Of a stretch of 64,000 bases of DNA, positions 11,443 through 23,572 are shown piece by piece (positions within the stretch are counted from its first letter, which is position 1; each line of letters starts with the position of its first letter). A program made the position numbers and the translations under genes. The stretch is from positions 210,817-274,816 of the forward strand of contig BDGG01000021.1 in assembly GCA_001949185.1 (NCBI GenBank), given 5' to 3'. The notes beneath the pieces were generated by a model. The model was not told the origin of the DNA. It worked only from the letters and a program-made list of their open reading frames with translations, and did no database searches. Source of the DNA: Ramazzottius varieornatus. Lineage: Eukaryota; Animalia; Tardigrada.

Positions 11443-14400
11443 ATGGCATCAACTTCGAGCTACTCTTCGCGGCGGAACATGGTAAACGGTGGACCAAGCC
11501 ATGTCATCCCTTCGTGGAAGGCCAGTCCGTACCTACGTTTGGACTACAAAGAGCGTTCGACATCCCTCAAAGAAAGCTTGGCTCCTTTAGGTGATCTGCC
11601 CATCGAAGCCCAAGAACGGTCGATGCTACGCTCTCTACTGAATATTCTTCAGGGCTTCTCCGCCACTTATGTCTGCGTCAAGCCACTGGACACTGAAGGC
11701 GATCGTGGAGACCAATCGTTCATCATGGACGATTCGCTGGATTACCGCTTGAAGCAGCATTCGCAAGAAATACTACGAGTGGCTTCTTTGAATTCTCACC
11801 TCGCTCGTTTCGTGGACTCGGTAAGATCCACCAGTACCGACGGAATGATTGTCCAAGCTTTCGCTGCAGCACTCCGGAACTTCATCCAAGAATTTGGACA
11901 GTAAGGCCTCGGCATACAAACTCAACAAGATGGTTTTCCCTCAGTGGCGCACGTCTGCAGCAATATTGGCCGGTAACCTGCGCCACTTGGACAGAACGGT
12001 CTCGTCGAGTGTGTTTTCCCAGCTCCCATTTGACAATCTTTCGAAGGATTTCGACATTGAATATTCTTTGTCACTGTAGTTTTGTGGGGGAACGGGAAGA
12101 GGCTTTCGACAATGGTCAACTGACGATGCAGCTGCTGTACAGCCAGCTGACACCATTAACCCGTCCCTTTGAGCTGATGGTGTCGCTGGTGGATGCCATT
12201 GGCAGTGAAGCCTTGCGCGGTGGAGGCCTTCTTTCCCTCTTGTGGACGCGCTTGCAGACTTTCCCTCAAGGCCGAGGAGCGGAACAGTCGATGCTATTGC
12301 AGATAACCAAAGCCACATCGGCACCCTTCTTTCGCATGCTGCAAGAATGGCTGTATGAAGGCAGTTTCCAAGATCCGTACGGAGAGTTCTTGATCGCCAT
12401 CTCCAGCTCCAAACGGATGAAAGACGTCCAGAAGAGCATTCATACCTACCATTACTGGGAGAACCGATATAAACTGGTGCCAGCCATGGTCCCCAAATTC
12501 ATCGAGCCTTTCGCTGACAAAATTTTGCGCAGCGGCAAATACCTCAATATTATCAAACAGTGCGACAGCGGACTAAGTAAGAATAACTATAAAGCATGAA
12601 TGGGAGTTCGGCGAATACAATCGCCGAAATCGTTTTTCTCGAGTGGCGCACGCTCCCGGCTGATGACACTGAAAACGTGCGCTTCTTGGTAAAACAATTT
12701 CTTTCGTTTTTCAAATGGCGCATTCTTTTAGCCATTAATGATGAGGAGGGTTCGTTTGCCGAGTCTCCAGTTACCCAGATTAGGAACTACTGCCTTCAGG
12801 TTTGCACTTGTTTATAGATTTGAGGCAGCAAGGCGGAGTTCCCGTGCAGCTGGTCTTCCACCTTGACGTACGTTACTACGACAGCCACATTGAGGGAGCC
12901 TATTTGTCGGCCAGTGGATGTCTGCTCAACTTGATGCTCAATGAGAAGGACCTTCTAGCCAAACTACGCTCCTTTAAGCACTTTTTCCTCCTGGACCAAG
13001 ATGACTTCATCGCCGAGTTCCTCAACCTGTCCATGATGGACGACCTGAAGAGCCCCATGCAGAAGCTGGACACGACTTCCTTGTTCGCTCTCTTTGACGA
13101 GTCCCTGAAGAGCAGCGTGCTGTCTGCCGACCCTTATCGCCGTATGATCAAGTAAGAACCGTCGAAATATCCGGTCCAAATTCTACCCTGGCATTCATGC
13201 TTTTCCTTTCCATCGTAGGCCGTCCTTGAAGACCATGGACTTCTTGCAAGTACTGGAGAAAGGCAAAGTAAAGGACAGCGAACGATCGAGTAAGACAGCC
13301 ATCAAGTTCCATATCCTGGGTGGACCTGCTTTATAAAGCTCAGCTTGATTATCTGCTTGTCTGCAGGTTCTTCCTCTTCGTCGGAGAAGAATACGGTGAA
13401 CTTTGCCTTGAATTGTTTTACATTAGACTGTGAGATCGAATTCCCCCTGTGCCTTATCGTTAACGATGAGGCCAAAATGTACTACCAGCTTCTTTTCCAA
13501 AACATCTTCCGCTTGAAGCTGATGGAATGGAAGGTTGGCAGGTAAAGTATGGTACATCTCTATCACAGTCCTCGACTGGATAGAAAGACAATCTGTGGGT
13601 TGTAGGATATGGACCAAGTGTAACACGGAAAGAGGCAGCAGCTTTGCCCTCTTCTGTTCGCCGGTAGTGCAGCAGATGCGGGAACTAGTCAAGAGCTTAC
13701 AGCACTACTTTTGCTCTGAAGTTATCGACCCTTACTGGCAGCAAATGATGGCGGCTATCCGCCAGGCCAAGACGTTCGATGCGGTCTTTGACGAACACAG
13801 CGACTTTATCAAGTCCTGCTCCAAAGACTGCATGATCACCACCGAAGAGATTGTCAGGCTGCTGGCCTCGACCTTGGACGTCTGTAACTCCTGTTGCAGT
13901 AAGCTCATGGTAAGGTTAAAAGTTCCCGTCATTGTTCTGCTGAAATCTTTTGTAACTTGCGTGGAAATATCAAATGGGACATAAATTGTCACACTCGACG
14001 AGATCGTCTTTCCGAGTGGCGCACGCCTTCAGTGTGCTCGACTGGAAAGGTAGGCCACTTGGAAACTCGACGTGGGTTTTACCCTGAGTGGCGCACGCTT
14101 TCGGCTAACAACACTGGAAACATGCGCCACTTGGGAAGAAGGCTTATGTCGGGTTTGTTTGCCAAGCTGCCGAATGGCATAAAGTTTTAACAGTAGTCTG
14201 CTAGCGCTCATCTGATGCAGGATCCCAACCTGCCGAGACAAGCGGCGCGATTAGGTCCAATGATGGAGCGAATGCGGGATAAGCTGACCGAGCGGATGGT
14301 ATGCCTGCTGGCCAACATGAGCGACTCGCGGCAGAACCGAGAGAGCGACTACAAGCTTGTGGCGGCCATCCACCGGCTGGACTTCAACCAGTACTACACC

Positions 14401-14508
14401 CGCTTCCTAGCCCACTCCTCCCGACTAGCCAATAGCACCTCTTCTTCCTCCTCCTCAACTCGCCACCACGCTTCCTCATCTTTAGCTTCTGCCACGTCAC
14501 TCCGCTAG
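11443..14508 (+). CDS. TUBGCP2: Gamma-tubulin complex component 2 (multi-exon)
   Basis: GCP2 motifs GGGLLSLL, PFFRMLQEWLYEG..DPYGEFLI, YWENRY..VPKFIEPFADKILRSGKYLNIIKQC, LRSFKHFFLLDQ and RLDFNQYY. Exons are joined by GT-AG introns. Confidence 0.92.
11911..12030. repeat. Intronic foldback element (family F), copy 1
   Basis: GGCATACAAACTC..CAGTGGCGCAC-N-CTGCGCCACTTGG..GAGTGTGTTTTCC inside GCP2 intron 1. Confidence 0.75.
12600..12769. repeat. Intronic foldback element (family F), copy 2
   Basis: ATGGGAGTTCGGCGAA...GAGTGGCGCAC-N-GTGCGCTTCTTGG...TTTGCCGAGTCTCCA inside GCP2 intron 2. Confidence 0.7.
13974..14170. repeat. Intronic foldback element (family F), copy 3, two core units
   Basis: Two GAGTGGCGCAC...GCCACTTGG hairpin cores plus a GGTTTGTTTGCC arm in the last GCP2 intron. 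Confidence 0.78.
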
Positions 14509-14807
14509 TACCCTCCTTCTGTCGTAAGTAACAGCCGAAAAGGCCGCATGTTCATTTCTCCGATATATCCCTCCCGGTTTTATTGTGGAGGAAATGCTGC
14601 CTCTTTCACTTACGGCCTCTTTCGCATGCCGTACCATTTGGCTCACTGCTAATGGTTTTGGTCTGTATCGACTAAAGTAAGAAAGAATAACCGAGTTTTA
14701 TGGTTTGTAAAGTCGAGTCTTATCCGGTAGCAGCTGGGGACTCCGAAGGGATACTACAAAAGCGCGAAATGGAAAGGTAAGAAAAAAGATTGAAACTCAG
14801 TTTGAGG

Positions 14808-16347
14808 TTAATCGTGTTCGAATGTTTTGTATTTGCGCCATAAAACCGATTTACCATGTCGGACTAAAACTTGTACTTCGTCGTTTTCAGGTTCAACGAT
14901 ACGCGGAGGGATTTGCACAAGCTTGACTTTCTTGCCAAACTTCATGCGAATAAACTTGCCATCGACCAGGTTGTCCGAGTCGTGGCGACTGGCGTGGCGC
15001 TTCAGGACGTTAGTGGGGCATTCTTCCCTTCTCTGCCAGGCCGACTGGTAAGGGTTGGGTGAGGAGGAGGAAACTTCGCCTTCCTTGTGGCTGTTTTGGT
15101 TGTTGAGTTTGGTCAGGGAGAGGTCGATGCTCAGCTTGGCCGGCGGCGGACTCTCGTAGGCCGGCTCGGTGGCTTCAAAGAGCGTCTGCCAGATTCGCCG
15201 CCCGGCCTCCGCGCAGTCTTTCGCTGCTGATGGCGGCTGGCCCGCTGGGCCACTGATTCGCACGTCCTCTTGTGCTGCAAAAGGAAAATCGGTCAGGAAA
15301 GAGCTCTGAATATATGATTGGGTGACCAGATTGGTTTCCCCAGGTGGCGCACAGTCCCAGTCTTATGGGCTGGCAGTTTGCGTCACTTGAAACAAGGATG
15401 GAGGTTGAGTTTGTTTGCCTAGTTGCTATTGAGGCTTACTTACTTTGTGTGTAGGAGTTGCTTATTCCAACGCGGGAGGGCAGCAGCGAAGACTTTTTTT
15501 GAGCTTGCCGATGGTGGGTATGGTGGTGAAGGTGGTTGCCTGTGGGCGAAGTAGCGCCTTCTTCTTCTAGGCTGGAAGGTATTCGCTCTTCGAAGTCTTC
15601 ACTTTGGGTGCTGGAGTTGTGCAATTGCTGATGTTGGCTTGAGCCGTTGTTGCGGGACCATTGATGGGTGGGGCAGCCTCGTCGCGCTTTGTGTTCGTCT
15701 AGCAGGATGTTCTCCATTTTGCGCGATAAGGCTTGCCGATCATACTGTTCCGAAGAATAGCTTTGGCTCAACGGGACGTGGTTGTAATTTCCTTCTTTAC
15801 CGGCATATGGGTATGTGCTGGTTTTCCCGAAGGTCTGCATCTCATGGTAATTACTAGTTAGGCCTGTGACAGGTTAACTCTAGTAACATCTGTCAGTGTA
15901 GCTTCCGCTTACCGAGTGATGTTCAGTGCGATGGTCGACTTGCGAAGCGGCATTCTTAACATTGACCGTAGCTGGTGATGTTTTCCGATGATGCAGAGAC
16001 TTTGTATAGTTGCGGTCGTGGTAGCTGTTGGAGGGGACAGGTCGACAGGTGGCCGTATGGTGACTTTGCATGATCAAATGTATCCGTTTCCCGCACTAGC
16101 ACACATGCAGAATGTTACGAGCAAGTAAATACGCCCTTTGATTGCAGAAGAGTGGCTTATAGTCTAGCCTTACTTTTGTGCAGGTTTCGGATTTACGTTT
16201 GGCGTCGTGATGGTCGTTGCGGTCGCGGATATGGTCGGCTTTGCGGAGAGGCTGGTGGGACTTGTGGTGGCGGTGTGGGAGGGCTGGTCCCAGGTGAGGG
16301 TGTCGGACGGCAGCATGCGCATGGTGTGGTTCATCGAGTATCGCCAT
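14808..16347 (-). CDS. Hypothetical His/Ser-rich, low-complexity protein (multi-exon; junctions partly uncertain)
   Basis: Consecutive - strand ORFs 16096-16347, 15880-16077, 15436-15840 and 14808-15263 with plausible GT-AG boundaries. No recognisable domain, and one junction (about 15910-15860) could not be phased cleanly. Confidence 0.5.
15330..15419. repeat. Intronic foldback element (family F), copy 4
   Basis: CCAGGTGGCGCAC-N-TTGCGTCACTTG...GAGTTTGTTTGCC in the predicted intron of the hypothetical gene. Confidence 0.7.
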
Positions 16348-16856
16348 AGAAAGCCAAGTAGGTCTAGATCAAGGGTGCAACGTTACCGGACAGCCACCCA
16401 CCCACCTTCATAAGAAGGGGCAGGGTGCAACTTGGCGATCGCTCATCACAAAGTACCAGGGCTTAGCTAATCACGCTGCACGGTGTCCACTTCCAATCAC
16501 TTTTCTCTCTAGCACTCTAAACTTCCTCCTGCAAAGCTGCCGAGTCTTGGCAACGACTGATTGACATCTTTCCTTCTCTCCTCAAACGTGGCTGGGCTCA
16601 GTGGCAAGCTTTCTATGGGCCCTTGGCGTAGGCCGATCCAATGTAAGCCTCTATCCCCATCGAGTCTACAATCCAACCTGAACGCTTTTCCCTGGCAAGA
16701 TACTTTGCGCTAACGCTGGCCGATAGTTGTGGGCACTTCCATTGTGACTTCGATGGGTGGAGTAGTTGCTACGCTGAAGTGCAATCTGTCCTTCTAGTTG
16801 AGCGAAAGGAGGTATTTGGTAGAGCTAAGAGATGAGGTGGAAGAGTGCTGGAAGCG

Positions 16857-19728
16857 ATGGCCCTTTTGCGGTCCATCTTTGAGACAGTATACGATATCTG
16901 CGCTTTCCAGTTGTCCATCTCCCACGGTGAGCATGCCCTCTACTGGTTTGCCGGAGCGCGCTTCCTCTTGTTGATAGTCAACGTCCTTGCCGCCACAAGG
17001 AAGGCCGCCCCACCTCCACGCCTTCGCCCCCATATCTTTGACTTTAGCCCCGATGAACAACGAGCCATCTTGGAGGCTTCCTTATTAACACCCAGTTGGG
17101 TCAGCTTCCCCGATCTGGAACGCGTCGAATGGCTGAATACCGTTCTGCAGAAGATATGGCTGTCTTTCGGCAACTGGATGGACCATCTCTTCAAGGAGAC
17201 CATTCAGCCCATCGTCCAAGACGCTATCGGCACCAAGATCATCTTTCGCTTTGAAACGGTCAACTTTGGCACCATCCCCTTACGGCTGTCGGGTGTCAAG
17301 GCTTACCGCGACAGCACTGACAGACGAGAGATTGTGCTGGACTTGGAGGTGTACTACAATGGCGATGCTGAGCTGGTGGTCTATGTGGCCGGCATCACAG
17401 CCGGCTTGAAGAACATCCAGATCAAGGGAACGCTGCGCATTGTCTTGAAACCTCTCTTGGCCGACTTGCCTTTTATCGGTCAGTGTAACATGGAGCAGCT
17501 GGGCAAACCAACTCGAAGAGAACGTCTGTCCCAAGTAACGCACGGCCGCAGTGTTACCGGCTGGAAGAGTGAGCCTCTCGGCAAAGAACCATCTTGCATT
17601 CATTGCCAAGTGCCGCACCTTTCCAGCGTGGTTGGCTGGCAGGCTGCGTCACTTGGGAGAGACGGACTCTTGTGGAGTTTGTTTGGGCAGAGCTGCAGTA
17701 TTGTGGTTGCAAGTCTTGGTGGTTGAAGTCTTTGAGGGGCATGTATTGAGCAGGTGGAATCGAGGTCTTTTTCATGAACGAGCCGACAATCGACTTTAAC
17801 ATGACCAACCTGTTGAACGCCCCGGGCTTTGGGACACTCAAGTCGACGGTCATGTCCATCGCCAAGGAAAACATCCGCTGGTACCTGGTGCTGCCCAACA
17901 AGATCTCGGTGCCCTTTGGGGAGATCCATTACAAGGATTTCATGTTCGTGCCACCAGTGGGTATAGTGCGAGTGCATGTCGTCGGTGGCCGCAACCTGCC
18001 CGTCACCGACCGCGTCAACAGCATGCTGGGTACCGGTAGCAGCGACCCCTACGTGGTGCTGCAGTTGGGGGCGCGCGAAGCCCGAACCAAGGGCAAGAAG
18101 AAGACGCTGAACCCCGTCTTTGACGAGATGTTTGACTTTATGGTCACCGAACCCCAAGGGCAGAGGCTCATCTTGACACTATGGGATGCCGACATGGTCA
18201 AGGACGAGCTGATCGGTGAGGTTCGCATCGATATCGCCTTCTTGCAAAAGACAGCCGACACGGCCGACTACTGGCACTTTATCAGTGGACCTTCCAAAGG
18301 CCAGTTAAATATACGACTGACCTGGCTGGAATTGACAACCAGCAAGAGCGACTTGACAGCGGCTATCCACGAAGTCAACGTCTTGACACCCTATGGCGTC
18401 TTTGCTCCCTTGTCCACAGGTAGGCGACATCAACTATCGCTCGATGCCCTTCAAGTTGCCTTATGCACTGCTATAATTATCAGGTATTTTGGTGGTGCTG
18501 ATTGACTCGGCACAGCAACTGCCGATGGTGGGGACGACATGGGGCAAGGAACGGCTGCCCAACCCCAGCGTTGTCCTGACACTGTCGGCCCAAAAGTTTG
18601 TGTCGCGAGTCCTTCTACGGACGCAGAACCCCGTCTGGGAACAGTTTACCATCTTTTACGTCAACAACCCGCTGGTCGAGAACCTGTCCATCCTGGTTAA
18701 AGATGACATTAGCCCCGCCCCTCTGGGCACCTACACCTTTCCTCTAGCTTCGCTGTTGGAGGTACGGGGGCCCAGCTCGGTCGCCATACAAGTTTACTGT
18801 TAACTGCCACTCTTCCTTCATTTTTCCTGTCAACTCCTTGATTCCTCTTTAGGCCGATAGTTTCCAAGTCTACAAGCCATTGATGCTGCTCAACTCGGGG
18901 CCGCAGAGTTTCATCAAGCTTCGGGTGGCCTTCCGAGTGGCCATTAGCAGCGAAGTCCGCCGTGAGAATTCGCGCAGCAACCTGCAGCGGACGGGATCGA
19001 TGAGGACATCGAGCTCTGCTAGCAGTGTCTCCTCCGCTGGTGGGCTCACTGTTCGTCCAGCCAGCAGCACAGTCAGCGCCATCACTGCCGCCACCACGGC
19101 GCCCCCGACAGCGCCCACATCGCCCACCACCGATACCATGGCCAAGCTGCCAGTGCCCACCATCACCACCAGCGCCTCCAGCACCGAAGTGCCTCCCCCT
19201 TTCTTGAGGTCCAAGTCGTTGGCGCCGACCGACACGGCAACTACCACTCTGCCTCGTATCCGAATAAGCCTGCAGTATAGAAAGAGAAGTGACGACCTGT
19301 TGGTCGAGCTGCTGGAAGCGGCTTCCCTACAAGCTCTACGCGACAAGGCGCCTCCGCCCAAGACCAAATTCTTCCTCTCCGGCACCTTGTTCCCCACCCG
19401 ACAAACCTACTACTCTGAAGAGTTCAATTATAGCGAAAGACTGTCTCTAAAGGGCAAATTTGTCTTTTTGTTGGGCAGGACCGACATCAGTACGTGTATA
19501 CTTCTTCTGAAGGTTGTTTGTGGCTCACGCATGAACCAAAGTCCGCTGGGTGAAGCCAATGTATCCTTACAAACTTACGATCTGGAGCCCAAGCTGATCA
19601 AGTGGTATGAGCTGTCTAAACCTGCTGCTGCACCAGCCATCAGCGCCCACGCTAGCATCAATGATGTGCCTCCTCCCAATGCTACCAGTAACAACACGCT
19701 GACCTCTCCGCTCTCTGCTGTAACATAA
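16857..19728 (+). CDS. ESYT: Extended synaptotagmin (TM hairpin, SMP domain, three C2 domains); start uncertain
   Basis: PSWVSFPDLERVEWLN (SMP start), FMNEPTIDFNMT, C2A GSSDPYVVLQLG..KTLNPVFDE, C2B (NPVWEQ) and a C-terminal C2 (PLGEANVSL..WYEL). Confidence 0.88.
17490..17697. repeat. Intronic foldback element (family F), copy 5, two core units
   Basis: GGGCAAACCAACTCG...CCAAGTAACGCAC..., CCAAGTGCCGCAC-N-GCGTCACTTGG...GAGTTTGTTTGGGC in the ESYT intron 17479-17753. Confidence 0.75.
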
Positions 19729-19886
19729 TACTACGTATTTGGCCAACTGACAGACGGCCAGTGGAAAAAGCCAGCATTTGACCTTCAAAGTCAACAAAGC
19801 AAAGTGGCAAAAGACTGGTCATTCCATAACAATGAGGTCAAAGTTAAGCGTAGATGGGTCAAGAAAATGCTGCTTGCAATTGTTGG

Positions 19887-22800
19887 TTAGGGAGTAGCGG
19901 CCTCCTTGACCGAGAAGACAGAGGAGAGCCTGTCGCGGTACTTTTCAATGTTTCTCTCCAGAATCTCCTTGCAGGGACCCAGTAGCCGTTCAAAGCTGCG
20001 ACGGTCCAGGAAAGCCAGCTTGGAATCCTCTGTAAAGGCCATTAAGATGTGATCAGTCTGAAGTATATTCAGTGCAAAAGTCTGTGTGTCAGCCTACCAG
20101 CAGCTGTGACGGTGGCGGCTCGTGCCTGGTTGGCAATCAGGGCCAGTTCTCCCACATAACCACCAGGTCCAACTCGCAAGACCTCTTTGGCGTTTTGCGG
20201 CGGGTCGCCGGCTTCCAGCCGCGTACAGACAACTTGGCCGGCTTCCACAAAGTACATGCCGTCCCCTTCCTCGCCCTGGTGGATGACAATGTCGCCGGCC
20301 CGGTAAGGCCGAGGTATCAGAGCGTCGCAGATGTTCTGCTTTTGGTATGACTTGAGATCGGCCAAAAAGTCCACCTTGTCCATCAGCGTCATATACAGCT
20401 CACGCGTCTGGTGTGCGCCCCGAACCACAATGCGCTTGAAGGTGTCTCGATCCTGCGTATACAGACAGAGCATGTGATGGTCACCACCTTTGTCTATAAT
20501 GAGCAAATGTGCACTTACTAATTGCCAAAGACGACCGGGAGTTCGCGCCGTGACGGTGGCAGCTCTTGGTTGATGGTACATCAGTGCCAACTCCCTATAG
20601 ACAGCACGCAACGACCATCACACAATTTCTTCTTCCACAAACTTTCCCCTAACAGAAACGCAAAAGTATATAGATGCTGATATACCCGAAGCTTCCACTA
20701 TTGTTATATTCATGGATCTTGACCATTTGGCCGTTCTGTTGGACGAAAACGTCAAAGTCGCCCTCTTCGATGACGTAAAAGTACTCGGCATTGTCGTTGC
20801 CGTACTTGATGATATCGTCTCCAGGCTCCACCAATTTCTACAGGAGATATTATCGGCCTGATACCAAAAGAAGTGCCCATATGCGACCAGCAATAAAATA
20901 ACAAACCTCTTCCAAGGCGTCGATAACTTTATGAAGGTGTTCCTCGTCCAGCGATTTGAAGATGAGCACTTCGTGCACTGCAGTCTTAACTCGAGCTAAT
21001 TGTTCGTCGGACTTGGGGAAGGACTTGACCTCCAGCGGGTCTTCAGCTGCGGCGGCCGGATCGTAGCCTGCAGTCAATCGCAAAAGTGCCTTACCATCCA
21101 TCAGACCCTTATCAAGACCGGTAGAAGCGATAGACGGCACTTACTTTCAGCTGAGACTCCTTGTCGGCGATTAACGCCTGACTGTGATAACTTTTTATCG
21201 TCGGCTGCAATTACACACAAGATCATCAGGCAACGGCAGTGGTGGCTGATCTGAAGAGAAAGTGGATGATGTACCGGACTGTGGAGTGCCCTGTGGCTGC
21301 TGCACTTGGCCATGCGCTCCTTCATAGGCATTGGCCTCTTGGTCATGAGTGTGCTCTTCAGGCTGGTTCTCTTCTTCCTGTGGAGCTGGCTGGACTTCAT
21401 CGGTATGCGAAGGCTGTTCTTCAGGGTTTACAGGCTGCTCTTGGGAGTGGGCAGCTTGTCCCTCCTGGGGATGGCGCTCTATGGTATGCTGATTAGTATG
21501 GGGCGCATTACTGGGAAATATATGGGATGGGTCGGCTTGCGGTGGGCCGTGCTGGTTACTATCTGCAGCAATAGATGAGGCTTTCTGCTGGCTGATGGAG
21601 GGCGGCTTCTGAGCATGAGGGTCCGCCGATGGTGGCTGCTGGCTGATGGATGGTAACTTTTGTTGATCCATCGATGGCTGCTTTTGTTGACTGATGGAGG
21701 CTGGCTTCGCTTGGCTGATAGATGCTGCTTTGGCGTGGTCGGCCGATGGTTGATTATCCTGGCCAGCAGGTCCTTGGTGTGGGGGCTCGACAGGTGGCGC
21801 TAGCTCATTGCTCATAGACGGTGGCTTTTGATTATTATTGATAGAGCCCTGCTTTTGCTGGACAATTGAAGGTTGCTTCTGCTGGGGCTGGCTAATGGAG
21901 GCTGCTTTTTGATGATCAACAGATATAGACGGCTGTTTTTGCTGCTCCACGGCTATAGAAGGTTGTTTCTGCTGGCTGATGGAGGGTTGCTTCTGCTGGT
22001 CCATGAAGGGCTGCTTTTGCTGGCTGATGGAGGGCTGTTTCTCTTGACCGACAGATGGCGGCCTATGATGGCCATCAGGGTTGGCTTCGTGTTGGGCTGC
22101 ATCGTGAGCTGCAGGCTCTTCCCCAGTGGGATGGGCTTGCTGCTGATCTTCCTGATGTGCAGTCGCTTCCTGGTGAGTGGCTTCTTGGTGATTTGCCTGA
22201 TGATGTGTCCTTGCTTCGTTCTTCTTTTGCCCAGAATCTGTGTAATGGACGCGTACAGGAAGACTGGGTATGACAGTTGGCCGACTGCGCTCTGACACAA
22301 TTGACACAAACACGTACCGCGAGGAAGGCTTTGCTTTGGTGCTTCTTGATGGGGCTGCTCTTGGTGGTCTGGAGGGTGGTCCGCTTTGGCTTCACTCTTC
22401 TTCTGTCCGGAATCTGTCAAAGAAGGTCGTAAAGTTAGTGTGTTCAACCCCCGGATGACACAATGATAACCGTACCACGAGGTATACTCTGTTTGGCTGG
22501 ATCCTGCTGCGTGGCTTCTTGGTGACCTACAGGATGGTCAGCCTTGGCTTCGCTCTTCTTCTGCGCAGAATCTGTCATGTAAAAGTCCGTTGGTATACAT
22601 GGTGAAACTTATACGTAGAACATATCAACAGGAAGGCTGGTACCTCGAGGAAGGCTCTGTTTGGCTGTTTCCGGATGGGAGGCCTCTTGGTGATTCTGAT
22701 GAGGCTGATTTTGCAGAGGCTGCTGCTGGTGATCGGCAGGCTGGTCAGCTTTGGTTTCACCCGGCCTATGGCCAGAATCTGCCGAAAAGTCATGCTCAAT

Positions 22801-23562
22801 ACCGGGCTGAAAAATCAATGCTAAGCCGGATGAAAGATCGAAAGATCCTCCGCCGAATATACAGTACGAGATACTGGTAACATAAGCGAGTTTCGGGCTA
22901 AGTTAGAAGACCAGGGCTTGCGTGCACCAGCGGCCAGCAGGCCGATAACAAGGGACCCTGCCAGAGCCAGTCGTTTTCAGATTAAATTTGACGAGCGACT
23001 CCCTGTCCACTTCCTGTCGTCTCGCTTATATGTCTACCAGTATCTCCTATCGTATATGTTCGGCGGAGGATCTCTCATCCGGCTTGGAATCAATTGTGGG
23101 CATCTCCATTTGTCTGAAAGTGGCAGCAGCCAGCGCTGTCCTGTCCTCAAGCAACCCATAGTATATCGTACCATGAGGAAGAGTTTTCTTTAGGGGATCT
23201 GAGACAGAAGGGTTGGTGCGCTTCTTCTCGTCTTCGACAAAGAGCTTCTGAAACCATTCGGCGGCAAAACGAACAAAGTGATCGTGGTCAACCTTGTTCC
23301 TGTTGAGAAAGATTTGTGGTTAGAGTAGGCCGCATCAAAGCATACATTGGCGTATTTCCCTGCGCACAGCTTTGGCCATTTACCGCAAGACGGCAACGAC
23401 AAAGTCTTGAAGAATCTCTTTGGCTCCGTCAGGCAAACGTCGCGAAGCTCGGTGCTTGTGTACTGCTGCACCGTGCTCTGCCGCTCCCTGAACGATCTGC
23501 GGGGCTACCACCCCGTGGTCCGTCTGCGCTGCCGATCCGTGCTCCCTCCCCTGCTCCGCCAT
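19887..23562 (-). CDS. PRKAR2: cAMP-dependent protein kinase regulatory subunit, type II-like, with a greatly expanded repetitive linker
   Basis: RII-type D/D domain LPDGAKEILQDFVVAVLR|NKVDHDHFVRFAAEWFQKL (exons 23562-23384, 23299-23172). Inhibitor site RRQGVSAESYDP. CNB-A has SFGELALMYHQPRAATV and CNB-B has VGELALIANQARAATV. The C-terminus reads SFERLLGPCKEILERNI with TAA at 19887-19889. Confidence 0.88.
22823..23085. mobile_element. Foldback/MITE-like element in PKA-R intron 2
   Basis: About 55-bp imperfect inverted repeats (AAGCCGGATGA...GATCCTCCGCCGAA..GAGATACTGGTA versus TACCAGTATCTC..TTCGGCGGAGGATC..TCATCCGGCTT). Confidence 0.65.
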
Positions 23563-23572
23563 TGTCAAATTG

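Noticed and set aside
11911-17697. Palindromic repeats with variable spacers read as a CRISPR array
   Set aside because: The context is eukaryotic, the copies are dispersed in separate introns and degenerate, and there are no cas genes.
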